Origin: Candidatus Latescibacterota bacterium
GTDB taxonomy: Bacteria > Latescibacterota > UBA2968 > UBA8231
Reading direction: 5' to 3'
Length of the DNA: 64,000 nt
Assembly: GCA_965208105.1 (NCBI GenBank)
Contig: OZ242318.1
Location: 4,736,001-4,800,000, forward strand
Part shown: piece by piece, positions 50,825 through 61,765 of the stretch
Layout of the letters: every line of letters starts with the position of its first letter
How positions within the stretch are numbered: the first letter of the stretch is position 1
Position numbers and translations under genes: made by a program
Notes under the pieces: generated by a model
Told to the model about the DNA's origin: nothing
Database searches by the model: none
The model's input: the letters and a program-made list of their open reading frames with translations, nothing else

Positions 50825-51906
50825 ACCGGTTGATCAGACAGATTGAATTGGAGGGCGGAAAGATCCGCGACAAGATTCTGCGCAGGCAAAAACCCTCCAT
50901 GCGCTTTCCGCTGCGCAGCCTGAGCAATGTGCGCTTCGATCCCAGAACCGGATTTTTCGAGATGGGTCGCAAGACCAAGGAGCGCACCCTGACGGTATCC
51001 ACGGTCAAGACCTTCGCCCAGTCGCTCAAGATGATCGCTCTTTCGAAGACCCTGATCGAAACCGACGATATCGCCACCAAGCGCGAGGCGTATTACGTCG
51101 CAAAGGGATGGAGCGAGGAGATCCGCTTCGCCGAACAGGTCGAGTCGGACACGGTGCTGGACGACGTTGAATCACTGTTCCTGGTCAACCGCGAGCAGCT
51201 CGGGTTCGTCCCCGAGGAAAAGGGCGGTGAGGTGGCCGGCAATCTGATCGTGGTCGACCGCGACCGCGACAGCGGCGAAGAACTGGAGATCGACTGCACC
51301 CGATTCGGCTCCGGCGCCTACTCGATCCCCATTTCGGTCGAGGAGCTCCGTTTCGAGTCGGACGCCAGGTTCGTTCTGGCCATCGAGACCGCGGGGATGT
51401 TTCAGCGCCTGGTCAAGCACAGTTTCTGGCGCGTGGCCCAGTGCATTCTGGTGTCGATGGGAGGGGTGCCGACGAGAGCGACGCGGCGTTTCATTCGCCG
51501 CCTCTCCGACGACCTCGGGATACCGGTCTACGCCTTTGTGGACTGCGATCCCTACGGCATCTGCAACATCTACCGGACCCTCAAGGTCGGTTCGGGCAAC
51601 GCCGCCCACATCAACGAGTTCTTCTGCGTGCCCAAAGCCAGGTTCCTCGGCGTTACGCCGGACGACATCAGACGCTACGGCCTGCCGACCCATAGAATGA
51701 CCGAGGTGGATATCAAGCGCATCGACGACGCCCTCAGGAACGACCCCTTCGTTCAGCATTACAAGAGGTGGCAGAAGGCCCTCGCCGCGCTGAGGGAATC
51801 CGGCTACCGGGCGGAGCAGCAGGCATTCGCGGTACACAACCTCAACCATGTGATCAGCACCTACCTCCCGGAGAAACTGGAGGACCCGAACACCTTTCTG
51901 CCTTGA
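50821..51906 (+). CDS. top6A: DNA topoisomerase VI subunit A (Spo11-like; GTG start overlapping the top6B stop)
   Basis: TKREAYY (catalytic Tyr), toprim [10 protein letters not shown] and [20 protein letters not shown]. Confidence 0.92.
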   Translation: MNRLIRQIELEGGKIRDKILRRQKPSMRFPLRSLSNVRFDPRTGFFEMGRKTKERTLTVSTVKTFAQSLKMIALSKTLIETDDIATKREAYYVAKGWSEEIRFAEQVESDTVLDDVESLFLVNREQLGFVPEEKGGEVAGNLIVVDRDRDSGEELEIDCTRFGSGAYSIPISVEELRFESDARFVLAIETAGMFQRLVKHSFWRVAQCILVSMGGVPTRATRRFIRRLSDDLGIPVYAFVDCDPYGICNIYRTLKVGSGNAAHINEFFCVPKARFLGVTPDDIRRYGLPTHRMTEVDIKRIDDALRNDPFVQHYKRWQKALAALRESGYRAEQQAFAVHNLNHVISTYLPEKLEDPNTFLP

Positions 51907-51999
51907 AGACCAGGGGTGTCTGGACGGGACGGGGAGCCGGGAGAAGTCCTGAGGGAAAGGTGCAGGAGAAGGGGAGTGCCCTGCAGGAACAGGCCGGGA

Positions 52000-52620
52000 T
52001 CAGGAGGTGATGAGAAACAGGGCCAGGAGGATGATCCAAACCACCTCGAGGAAGTGCCAGTAGTTGGTCCAGAGCTGGAGGGAGGGTATTCGCACCCTGT
52101 CCAGGCCATGGCGCAAGGCTTGCAGGGTCAACCAGCTCAGGGGAACCATGCCTCCGATCACGTGCAGGGCGTGGATGAGGATGAGAGCTGCGGCAATTCC
52201 GTAGATACTTGCATTCTTCTGCTCCAGCGCCACCTCGTGGGATCTGAGCAAGTCCACCATGCACGGGGCCTGAATGGCCATGAAGACCGCGCCAAGCACC
52301 CAGGTCGAGCTCAACCAGCGGCGCAGGTCGTCGGCGCTGCCGCGGCGCAGGCCGCCAAGGGCAGCGCGGGTGGTCAACCCGGATACCAGCAGGACTGCGG
52401 TTGATGCCCACAGCCCTGCCGGAAGCTCGATCGAGCCGGGAGGCAGAGCGGATCCGCTGTTGCCGCGGATGACCAGATAGCCGACGACCCCCGCTGCAAA
52501 GAGCACCGCGAGCGACGCCAGGAACAGCCGCATCCCCATGCGCAGGGCGGCGGAGGAACCCTCAGTGTGAGGGTTGGGGGTGCCGGCAGCCTTGGCATCT
52601 TCCTGTCCGGGTTGCTTCAC
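52000..52620 (-). CDS. Cytochrome c oxidase subunit III family protein (orphan)
   Basis: GMRLFLASL, HALHV.GG, YWHFLEVVW; 5 TM segments. Confidence 0.85.
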   Translation of the reverse strand: MKQPGQEDAKAAGTPNPHTEGSSAALRMGMRLFLASLAVLFAAGVVGYLVIRGNSGSALPPGSIELPAGLWASTAVLLVSGLTTRAALGGLRRGSADDLRRWLSSTWVLGAVFMAIQAPCMVDLLRSHEVALEQKNASIYGIAAALILIHALHVIGGMVPLSWLTLQALRHGLDRVRIPSLQLWTNYWHFLEVVWIILLALFLITS

Positions 52621-52628
52621 GTCAACCC

Positions 52629-53813
<1,185 letters not shown>

Positions 53814-53830
53814 GTGGACCTCCCTCTGTT

Positions 53831-54868
53831 TCAGTCGCTCCAGTGGAGAATGACCTTGCCGGAGCGGCCGGACCGCATGACTTCGAATCCTTCCTCGAAT
53901 GAAGCATAGGGGAAGTGATGGGTGATCACCGGCGAAATGTCCAGACCGCTCTGAATCATGCTCGTCATCTTGTACCAGGTCTCGTACATCTCGCGGCCAT
54001 AGACGCCCTTGATGGTCAGGCCGTTGAAGATCACCGCGTTCCAGTCGATGGAAATTCTCGACTCCGGTATGCCGAGCAAGGCAACCTTGCCCCCGTGGCA
54101 CATGTTCGCCAGCATGTCCTCGACGGCCGCCTCGCTTCCCGACATCTCCAGTCCGACGTCGAAACCTTCCTTCATGCCGAGCTCGCCGGCCACGTCCCCG
54201 ACCCGCTTGGAAGTCACGTCGACGGTGCGCGTGGCGCCCATTCTGCGGGCGAGCTCCAGCCTGTAGGGGTTGACGTCGGTCGCCACTACGTAGCGCGCGC
54301 CGGCGTGCCTGGCGACGGCCACCGCCATGATGCCGATGGGACCGGCTCCGGTGACGAGCACGTCCTCGCCGAGCACGTCGAAGGACAGGGCGGTGTGGGT
54401 GGCGTTGCCGAGGGGGTCGAAGCACGAGAGTATGTCGGTTGGGATGCCGGGGTCGCAGTGCCATACATTGCTCACCGGCAGGCACAGGTACTCTGCAAAG
54501 GCGCCGTCGCGCTCGATTCCCACACCGCTCGTACGCGCGCACAGATGTCTGCGTCCGGCGAGGCAGTTGCGGCAGCGACCGCAGACGATATGTCCCTCCC
54601 CGCTGACCAGGTCGCCCGGCTTGAACTCGCCGACGTTTCCCCCGGTCTCTTCCACAGTGCCGACGAATTCGTGACCCGTTACCATGGGGGTCGGAATGGT
54701 CCGTTGCGCCCACGCATCCCAGTTGTAGATGTGGACGTCCGATCCGCAGATGGAACTCTTCATCACCTTGATCAGGACGTCGCTCCCATCCACGTGCGGA
54801 ACCGGAACCTCCTCGAGCCACAGGCCCGGTTCGGGAAATTTCTTCACCAGGGCTTTCATTTTCTTCAT
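53831..54868 (-). CDS. tdh: L-threonine 3-dehydrogenase
   Basis: [16 protein letters not shown], zinc cysteines, [18 protein letters not shown]; adjacent to kbl. Confidence 0.96.
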   Translation of the reverse strand: MKKMKALVKKFPEPGLWLEEVPVPHVDGSDVLIKVMKSSICGSDVHIYNWDAWAQRTIPTPMVTGHEFVGTVEETGGNVGEFKPGDLVSGEGHIVCGRCRNCLAGRRHLCARTSGVGIERDGAFAEYLCLPVSNVWHCDPGIPTDILSCFDPLGNATHTALSFDVLGEDVLVTGAGPIGIMAVAVARHAGARYVVATDVNPYRLELARRMGATRTVDVTSKRVGDVAGELGMKEGFDVGLEMSGSEAAVEDMLANMCHGGKVALLGIPESRISIDWNAVIFNGLTIKGVYGREMYETWYKMTSMIQSGLDISPVITHHFPYASFEEGFEVMRSGRSGKVILHWSD

Positions 54869-54885
54869 AACGGATCCGGAGGTTC

Positions 54886-55053
54886 CTAGTGTCCCGTCGC
54901 AGAGATAGGTTGACGAAATTGGGCCGCCGAGGCGCCCGGCTCACAAGGCGCCTGAGCGAGTCGTACCAGTGGTGTACGGCGAGTGAAGGCAACGCCGTGA
55001 GCCGGGATGGATCGGCGGAATAATGGCGACATATTTCTGCGACGGGACACTAG
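54886..55053. mobile_element. MITE-like non-coding element (168 bp) bounded by CTAG at both ends
   Basis: Terminal inverted repeats CTAGTGTCCCGTCGCAGAGATAGGT / CTAGTGTCCCGTCGCAGAAATATGT (23 of 25 match); partial second copy at 1525-1581. Confidence 0.8.
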
Positions 55054-55811
55054 AGCATCAGGTCGCCGCCGTTTATATCGATGGACGCCCCGGTGGTGTA
55101 GGGAGAATCCGCAGCCAGGAAGAGGGCGAGCCGGGCGACCTCCCCCGGCGTGCCGAGTCTGGGAATGGGGAAACTTTGCTCGTAGGCGCGCAGCTTCTCC
55201 GTGTCGCAGTTCCGGCGCACCATCTCGGTGTCGATCAGGCCGGGACAGATGGCGTTGGCCGTGATGCCGTGGGGCGCCATTTCCTTCGCCAGCGCCCTGG
55301 TAAAACCGAGGACTCCCGCTTTGGCGCTGGTGTAGTGGGCGCCTCCCAGGGTACTGACGCTCCTCCCGGCGGAAGAGGACATGTTGATGATGCGGCCGAA
55401 TCCGTTCCGTTTCATGGTGGCGAGAACGGCCTGGGAGCACAGAAAAGTGGCTCTCAAATTAACCTCCATTACCAGGTCCCACTCCTCCGGAGATATGGCC
55501 TCGATGCGGGTCGAGTGCAGGATGCCCGCATTGTTCACCAGGATGTGAATGGATCCGAACTCGTCGAGCACGGCTTCCACCATGGCCGCGACCTGGTCTT
55601 CCTTGCCTACGTCCGTCGGCAGGGCCAGGACCTCTGCCCCGTCTCCTTCGATGCGGGCAGCAGCCTCTCTGAGGCCGTCGCCGGAGATATCGCACAAGGC
55701 GACGCGGGCGCCTTCCCGTGCCATCAGCGAGGCGATGGCGAATCCCATACCCTGAGCAGCGCCGGTCACGATGGCGACCTTGTCGTCCAGTTTTCCACGC
55801 GGTGCTGCCAT
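55050..55811 (-). CDS. Short-chain dehydrogenase/reductase (FabG-like)
   Basis: TGAAQGMG, LVNNAG, YTSAK, NAICPG; AAGGAGG RBS. Confidence 0.92.
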   Translation of the reverse strand: MAAPRGKLDDKVAIVTGAAQGMGFAIASLMAREGARVALCDISGDGLREAAARIEGDGAEVLALPTDVGKEDQVAAMVEAVLDEFGSIHILVNNAGILHSTRIEAISPEEWDLVMEVNLRATFLCSQAVLATMKRNGFGRIINMSSSAGRSVSTLGGAHYTSAKAGVLGFTRALAKEMAPHGITANAICPGLIDTEMVRRNCDTEKLRAYEQSFPIPRLGTPGEVARLALFLAADSPYTTGASIDINGGDLML

Positions 55812-56013
55812 GGACGGGCAATCCTCCTTGCCGCGCAAGGTGGGCTGTGCTCCACAGGCCCTCAAGGGTGGCTTGCGGGGTCGCGCGGCCTATTGAATAT
55901 GACAACAAATGCCCGCCCGTCCAGACGTTTGCAGGAGGGGGCTGCACGTGGAGGTGGGGGCCCGGTCCCGGGATGTCGCCGGGAAGGGATTCTCATCTTC
56001 CGGGAAGGCTGCC

Positions 56014-56394
56014 TCAGACTGCGGCTATGGCGTCGAAGGCCACCTGGCATCCACCGGGAAATTCCTTGCAGGCGATGGTGGTCCGCGCCGGCCGGTGGTC
56101 GCCGAAAACTTCGAGGTAGGCCTCGTTCATCTCCGCAAAGTACTGAAAATCGCTGAGATAGACGGTGACCTTGAGCACCCGCGAGAGGTCGCTCCCCGCG
56201 GCGCGCAGAATCTCGACGATGCTGGCGAAGGCGCGCTGGGTCTGGTCCGCGATCGATCCCGTCTCTTCACCCGGGGCGGGAGAACCCAGCTGGGAAGAGA
56301 TGTAGGCGGTTCCGTCGTGCACTGCGACGTGAGAGTAGGGTCCGGGCGGGTTCGCTTTGGGGACCACGATGAATTTGATTTGAGGGTTCGCCAT
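56014..56394 (-). CDS. RidA/YjgF/YER057c family enamine/imine deaminase
   Basis: PPGPYSH, YISSQL, VLKVTVYL, MNEAY..F...PART. Confidence 0.88.
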   Translation of the reverse strand: MANPQIKFIVVPKANPPGPYSHVAVHDGTAYISSQLGSPAPGEETGSIADQTQRAFASIVEILRAAGSDLSRVLKVTVYLSDFQYFAEMNEAYLEVFGDHRPARTTIACKEFPGGCQVAFDAIAAV

Positions 56395-56426
56395 TTCGCC
56401 TCCTGTGTTTCGGGTGATTTTTGAAA

Positions 56427-58070
56427 TCAATCCTCTTCCATAGCGCCGGCCCGCTCCGGGCCGCGTCCGGGTCTCGAACCCGGGGCAGGCGCCGCGACGC
56501 TGTCGATGATGACGTTGATGCAGGCGGGTAGTCCGGAGGTCACCGCCCGTTCCACCGCCGCGGCGAGGTCGTTGGGGTGGCGTACCGCCTCGCCGTGGCC
56601 TCCTGCGGCCTCGGCCACCTTTTCGTAGCTGGAGTGCAGCAGCCCGCAGCCGACCAGACGGTCCTCGCCGTATTGCCGGAGCTGGAGCTGCCACTCGGCA
56701 TTCCAGCGGGCATCGTTGCCGACGATGACGATCACGGGCAGGTTGTAGCGCCGCGCCGTGTCGAATTCCAGCGGGTGGAAACCGAATGTCCCGTCTCCCA
56801 TGAAGATGACGACCTGGCGCTCGGGATGCGCCATCTTGGCCGCCAGTCCCAGGGAGAAGGCGCTTCCGATCGAGCCCGATGGTCCGTTGATGAGGCGGCC
56901 TTCGGGCGCGTCTATACCGGCCTGGACCCACTGGCCGAACTCCCCGCCGTCGCAGACCAGGAAGGCCCCGGCGGCGATGAGGGGTTGCAAGGCGGCGCAC
57001 AGGCGCAGAGGATGGATGGGAACATCGCTGCGGCCGGAGACCCGGTCCCAGGCGGCAGGGACCGTCCGCCGCGCCGCCTCGACTTCCCGGCGCCAGGCGT
57101 CGTGCTGCCAGCGGCGTTCCGAGGCAGATGCTGCCAGGTTCTCCATCACGGAGGACGGGTCGGCGCGAAGCTGGAGCAGGGCGCGCTCGTTGGGGCGCAG
57201 CTCCTGCTGGTCGGCGTCGATCTGGATGAAGCGGCACGCGGCGGAAAAGGGGGCCTGTCCGAAGCGGAGGCTGAAATCCAATCTTTTTCCGGCGAGCAGC
57301 ACCAGATCGGCGCTCCCCAGGCAATCACCCGCTGCGCGCAGCCACGGGTCATCAGTGCCGCGCGGGCTTTCCATGGGCAGGAGGGGGATCCCGGCGGCCA
57401 GGGACAGCCGCCTGGCGCCGGACCATCGCCGCGCACGAGCCATGGCCGGTCCGCAGAGGATCAGGGGCCGTCGAGCCCTTCCCAAACGGTCGAGGATCTC
57501 CTCCAGGACAGCCGCGTCCGGGACTTGGCAGGAGGCAGGGGCAGGGGAGGCCGGCGCCTCGGTTTTCACCGGGGCCTCCAGCACGTCGCTGGGCAGGCTG
57601 ATGTGGACGGGCCCGGGACGTCCTTCCCGGCTCAGGGTGAGGGCGGCTGCGATTTCCGCCCCAAGTGACGCGCTGTCCCGCGCCAGCCAGGAGGCCTTGG
57701 CAAGAGGTGCGGCCATGGCTACCTGGTCCATTTCCTGGAAGGCCCCCTGGCCGAGCTGGGAGAGTGGGGAGTGCCCGCTCAAGAGCAGGAGGGGCGATTC
57801 GGCCATGCGCGCGGTATAGAGCGCGGACAGGGCGTTGCAGTGACCCGGTCCTGCGGTCACCAGGGCGACGCCGGGCGCCTCGGTTATCCTGCCCCAGCCG
57901 TCGGCCATGTGCACGGCGGCGGCCTCGTGCCGGGTGTGAACGATCTCGATGTCACTTCCTATGGTAGCGTCGAAAATGGACAGTATCTGGTTGCCGGAGA
58001 CCGAGAACATGTATCTGGTGCCGGCGGCGGCGAGGGTTTCGACCAGGAGTTCGGCCCCGGTTCTGGACAT
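56427..58070 (-). CDS. Thiamine diphosphate-dependent enzyme (2-hydroxyacyl-CoA lyase/acetolactate synthase-like)
   Basis: RHEAAAVHMADG, TAGPG, GAFQEMD, GRPGPV, GDGTFGF..GND. Confidence 0.9.
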   Translation of the reverse strand: MSRTGAELLVETLAAAGTRYMFSVSGNQILSIFDATIGSDIEIVHTRHEAAAVHMADGWGRITEAPGVALVTAGPGHCNALSALYTARMAESPLLLLSGHSPLSQLGQGAFQEMDQVAMAAPLAKASWLARDSASLGAEIAAALTLSREGRPGPVHISLPSDVLEAPVKTEAPASPAPASCQVPDAAVLEEILDRLGRARRPLILCGPAMARARRWSGARRLSLAAGIPLLPMESPRGTDDPWLRAAGDCLGSADLVLLAGKRLDFSLRFGQAPFSAACRFIQIDADQQELRPNERALLQLRADPSSVMENLAASASERRWQHDAWRREVEAARRTVPAAWDRVSGRSDVPIHPLRLCAALQPLIAAGAFLVCDGGEFGQWVQAGIDAPEGRLINGPSGSIGSAFSLGLAAKMAHPERQVVIFMGDGTFGFHPLEFDTARRYNLPVIVIVGNDARWNAEWQLQLRQYGEDRLVGCGLLHSSYEKVAEAAGGHGEAVRHPNDLAAAVERAVTSGLPACINVIIDSVAAPAPGSRPGRGPERAGAMEED

Positions 58071-58168
58071 TGGGCGATTCCTTGCAGTGGATGGGAGGAG
58101 GAATATTGAGGAAACAGGAGGAGAAGGTCAAGGCGGCTCAGGCCGCGCCGGAGATCGGATCGAGAACC

Positions 58169-58537
58169 TCAGTCGTAGCCGTATCGGGCAAGGATGTCCT
58201 CGTCGAAACCCATGAAGTGGGCGATTTCGTGGACCAGGGTGATCTCCACCTCGCGCTCCAGTTCGTCGGGATCGGGAAAATCTTCCTCCAGCGGACCCCG
58301 GTAGAGGTGTATCACCGCCGGCAGGTCGGCCCGGTCCTCGATGCTGCGCTCGGGGAGGGGTACTCCTGAGAACAGTCCATAGAGCAGCTCGTCGGGATCG
58401 CCGGTGGTCTCTTCCACGAGATTCGGATCGGGCCAGTCTTCGACGACGATGGCCAGGTTTTCCATGGCGTCGAGGAAGGGCGAGGGAATCTTGGCCAGGG
58501 CCTTGTCGACCAGGGCATCGAACTTGCTGGGGCTCAT
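58169..58537 (-). CDS. Zincin-like minimal metallopeptidase
   Basis: LYGLFSG, IHLYRGP, TLVHEIAHFMG (HExxH). Confidence 0.85.
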   Translation of the reverse strand: MSPSKFDALVDKALAKIPSPFLDAMENLAIVVEDWPDPNLVEETTGDPDELLYGLFSGVPLPERSIEDRADLPAVIHLYRGPLEEDFPDPDELEREVEITLVHEIAHFMGFDEDILARYGYD

Positions 58538-59607
58538 TTGATGCGGGCCGCCCGGGCCTGGGCTTGCAGACTGAGCTGGGCGGCGAGGAAGGTGTGCTCC
58601 TGGGTCATGGCCTTCTCGCTGCCCTCGAGGCAGTCGAGGATGAGCTCCCCGAAGTAGGGGAATCCGGTCTGGCCTTCGGCTGAATAGTGCCGCGTCCCTT
58701 CTCCGTTGACCAGGTATACCTGGTTCCCCACCAGGCTGTGCCCCAGGTCGATGTACTTGCGCAGCTCGATGTAACCTTCCGTGCCCAGAATGAAGGTCCT
58801 GCCGTCCCCCCATACATCGAGGCCGTCGGGGGTGAACCAGTCGACGCGGAAATAGTTGGTGGCGCCGTTGTCGCCGACGAGGACGGCATCGCCGAAGTCT
58901 TCGAGCTCCGGATGCTGCGGGTGGTTGAAGTTTGCCACCTGGCTGTGCACCACGCGGGCGCTTTCGACATTGGCGAAATGGAGGAATTGTTCGACCTGGT
59001 GGCTGCCGATGTCGCACAGGATGCCGCCGTAGCTCGCCTTCCTGAAGAACCAGCCGGGGCGGCTGGGCGCGTCGAGGCGGTGAGGTCCCGTGCCCATAAC
59101 CTGCAGGACGCGGCCTACCGCGCCCGCATCGATGAGCTGCCCGGCGAATACGGCCGCCTCGTTCTGCACCCTCTCGCTGTAGCAGACGGCCCATTTGAGC
59201 TTGGCTTCAGCCACCTTGGCGCGGGCCTCCTCCAGCTGTTCCAGGGTGGTGAACGGGGCCTTGTCGCTGAAGTAGTGCTTGCCGTGGTCCAGGACGCGCA
59301 GACCCAGAGGTCCGCGCTCGGCGGTGATGGCCGCACTGGCCACCATCTGGATGGATCGGTCCTCGAGGATCTCGGCTTCGCAGCGGGCCACGCGGGCACC
59401 GGGAAACAGCCTGGAGAAGGCCTGGACCTTGGCGGGGTCGCGGTCGTAAACCGCCGCTGCCTCGGCACCGGCGTCTGCGAGGCAGGTGCTCATGCCGAAT
59501 ACGTGGCCGTGGTCGAGCCCGATGGCGGCAAAGCGGAACTCGCCTTCTTCGCATACCGGCTCGGCCTTGCCGCGAGGAGCGTAGTTCATCCCGTCGGCGG
59601 AACTCAT
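58534..59607 (-). CDS. Gfo/Idh/MocA family oxidoreductase
   Basis: AAIGLDHGH, YFSDKAP, GGILCDIGSHQ; GGGGAGG RBS. Confidence 0.88.
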   Translation of the reverse strand: MSSADGMNYAPRGKAEPVCEEGEFRFAAIGLDHGHVFGMSTCLADAGAEAAAVYDRDPAKVQAFSRLFPGARVARCEAEILEDRSIQMVASAAITAERGPLGLRVLDHGKHYFSDKAPFTTLEQLEEARAKVAEAKLKWAVCYSERVQNEAAVFAGQLIDAGAVGRVLQVMGTGPHRLDAPSRPGWFFRKASYGGILCDIGSHQVEQFLHFANVESARVVHSQVANFNHPQHPELEDFGDAVLVGDNGATNYFRVDWFTPDGLDVWGDGRTFILGTEGYIELRKYIDLGHSLVGNQVYLVNGEGTRHYSAEGQTGFPYFGELILDCLEGSEKAMTQEHTFLAAQLSLQAQARAARIK

Positions 59608-59706
59608 GATCCTCCCCACCGCAGGGGAATCAAGGCCCTTGCGGGGACCGGCGAAAGCGGAAAGGGGAGGAGCTCCATCGCATGGGGGTTCTCCCGGGGA
59701 GCCTGG

Positions 59707-60411
59707 TTAAAATTCATAGCCGAACATCTCTATGGTCCTGTGAAAGCGCTCGGCCACGATCCGCCTGGTTTCCTCGCTGTAGTATTCCCTGTAGGATGCC
59801 CTGCGCTCGGTGCGGTTCATGTGGGGAAGTTGACGCCGCGGCGCGCCGATTCGATCGCAGATCCTGTCCCAGTCTTCCTGGAGGGATTCAAAGCGGCCCA
59901 CGAAGTCGACGATTATCCTTCCGTCCTCGGATATCCAGTCGAATATGTCGCCCTCCGACCTGTTGATCATCCTCCTGCCGTAGCGTGAGTGCATGAAGGC
60001 GGAAAAGCTGCCCATGCTTTCGATTTCCCTGACGTTGAGGTGGAACTTCTTCCACTTGTGCGCTTTCTGCAGCCACCAGCCATAGGAGGAAACCATGAGG
60101 TCCCAGGGGTTGCGCACGAAGGCGAAGCTGAAGTACTCCTCCCACAGGGGATCTCCGACGACCCCTTTGACCTCCGCCGCTTTCGCGTGCTTGGGATATT
60201 TTACCGGCGGGAATTCAGCCGCTGCTCTGCGTTGGGGAAGGGAGTTGAGAGAGGCCATGATGCTGTTGCCCCCGGTTTTGGGGATGTGGACGAAGATGCA
60301 TCTGTAGCCGTGCAGAATTCTCTCCTTGCCCGGTTTCCCGGTCAGCCTCCTCCATGCGTCTCTGGCTTTCCCGGCAAGGTTTATTTTCGCGTCGAGGGAC
60401 GATGTGGCCAC
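59707..60411 (-). CDS. Sulfotransferase family 2 protein
   Basis: FVHIPKTGGNS (5'-PSB), FAFVRNPWD (3'-PB), DFVGRFESL, FGYEF. Confidence 0.85.
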   Translation of the reverse strand: MATSSLDAKINLAGKARDAWRRLTGKPGKERILHGYRCIFVHIPKTGGNSIMASLNSLPQRRAAAEFPPVKYPKHAKAAEVKGVVGDPLWEEYFSFAFVRNPWDLMVSSYGWWLQKAHKWKKFHLNVREIESMGSFSAFMHSRYGRRMINRSEGDIFDWISEDGRIIVDFVGRFESLQEDWDRICDRIGAPRRQLPHMNRTERRASYREYYSEETRRIVAERFHRTIEMFGYEF

Positions 60412-60585
60412 TGCGGCTGCCTTTCACCCGGCCTGACGGCTTGGCGGTTGTCATTCGAGCAATGAAACTATGCTAAAGAAGCATGAGAGTAAAGCAATGG
60501 GGAAGGGCAAGTGACAGGTGGTTGCCGCCGCCGTATATTCCACATCATCGCAGTGCAAAATTCTGTACTCCAGCGGGAGGTCGCC

Positions 60586-61599
60586 ATGCTGAAAGTAGCA
60601 GTCGTTGGAATGCGCGCCATCGGCAACAACCACGCCCAGGTCTACCACCGGAGCGACAAAGCCTCCCTGGTGGCCGTCTGCGACCTGGTCGCCGAAAGGG
60701 CGCAGGCGGCGGCAGAGACCTACGGCGCAACGGCCTATACCGACCTGGAGGAGATGCTGGCCAACGAGGATCTCGACGCGGTGAGCGTGGCGACGGGGGG
60801 CGCCGAAAACGGCGGAGATCACTACCTCCCCACCATGGCCAGCCTCGAGGCGGGAAAGCACGTGCTGTGCGAGAAGCCCATCTCCAACGATATCGACCAT
60901 GCCCGGCAGATGGTGCGCAAGGCGGAGGAGATGGGGCTGTGCTTCGGCATCGATCTGAACCACCGCTTCGTGCCCCCTGCGGCCAGGGCGCGGGCCTGGA
61001 TCGACGACGGCCAATTGGGCGACCTGCTCCTGATCAACATGACCATGTGGATCGACAATCCCAACGAGAGCTCGGAGTGGTTCCACCTGCGCGCCCTGCA
61101 CCCCCATTCCATCGACATCATGCGCTACTTCTGCGGCGACGTGAAGCGGGTGCAGGCCTTTCTCAACCGCGCTCCGGGGCGCGTCTGCTGGTCCAACGCC
61201 CAGATCAACATGGAGTTCGACAACGGCGTGGTGGGGCATCTGACCGGAAGCTACGACGCCGCGCCGCGCCACAACCTCGAGCGCTGCGAGGTCATGGGCA
61301 GCGCCGGCCGCTTCGTGCTGGACAACTGCTTCGAGGAGCTGACCTTCTATCCCCGCCGCGGCGAGGAGCTGACCGTGGTGCGCAACAGCATCATGGGGGG
61401 AATCAGCGGATTCGGCGCCACCTTCCACAGCCGCATCGACCGCTGGATCGAGCAGGTGAGCGACGGCGCGGCGCCGGAGGAGATCGAGGCATCGGGGGCG
61501 GACGGACTGGCGGTTCAGGAGGTCATCGAGGCGGCCATCCGGTCCTGGCGCGAAGGGATTATCGCGGAAGTGGAGAAGCCCGCACCCAGGGCAGTATAG
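60586..61599 (+). CDS. Gfo/Idh/MocA family oxidoreductase
   Basis: KVAVVG, AGKHVLCEKP, HSID; GGGAGG RBS. Confidence 0.88.
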   Translation: MLKVAVVGMRAIGNNHAQVYHRSDKASLVAVCDLVAERAQAAAETYGATAYTDLEEMLANEDLDAVSVATGGAENGGDHYLPTMASLEAGKHVLCEKPISNDIDHARQMVRKAEEMGLCFGIDLNHRFVPPAARARAWIDDGQLGDLLLINMTMWIDNPNESSEWFHLRALHPHSIDIMRYFCGDVKRVQAFLNRAPGRVCWSNAQINMEFDNGVVGHLTGSYDAAPRHNLERCEVMGSAGRFVLDNCFEELTFYPRRGEELTVVRNSIMGGISGFGATFHSRIDRWIEQVSDGAAPEEIEASGADGLAVQEVIEAAIRSWREGIIAEVEKPAPRAV

Positions 61600-61765
61600 G
61601 GGTTGCAGGTCCGCAGCTTCACGGGGCGCCGGGAGCCTTAGAAGGGCCAGCGGCTGCAACTCAGGCGGGGGAGGTCCCCTGGTGGAACAGCCGCGCCTCC
61701 TTTTGTTTACAGAAAAGCAGGGGTTTGCTATTTTTCCGGAGAGGATGGATCGCAGAAAGGACCCT

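Noticed and set aside
56014-57324. 436-aa ORF ending in a RidA domain
   Set aside because: The upstream part overlaps the ThDP gene out of frame; the real RidA starts at 56394 with an RBS.
58169-59194. 341-aa ORF ending in a zincin domain
   Set aside because: The N-terminal part is an off-frame reading of the Gfo gene; the real start is 58537.
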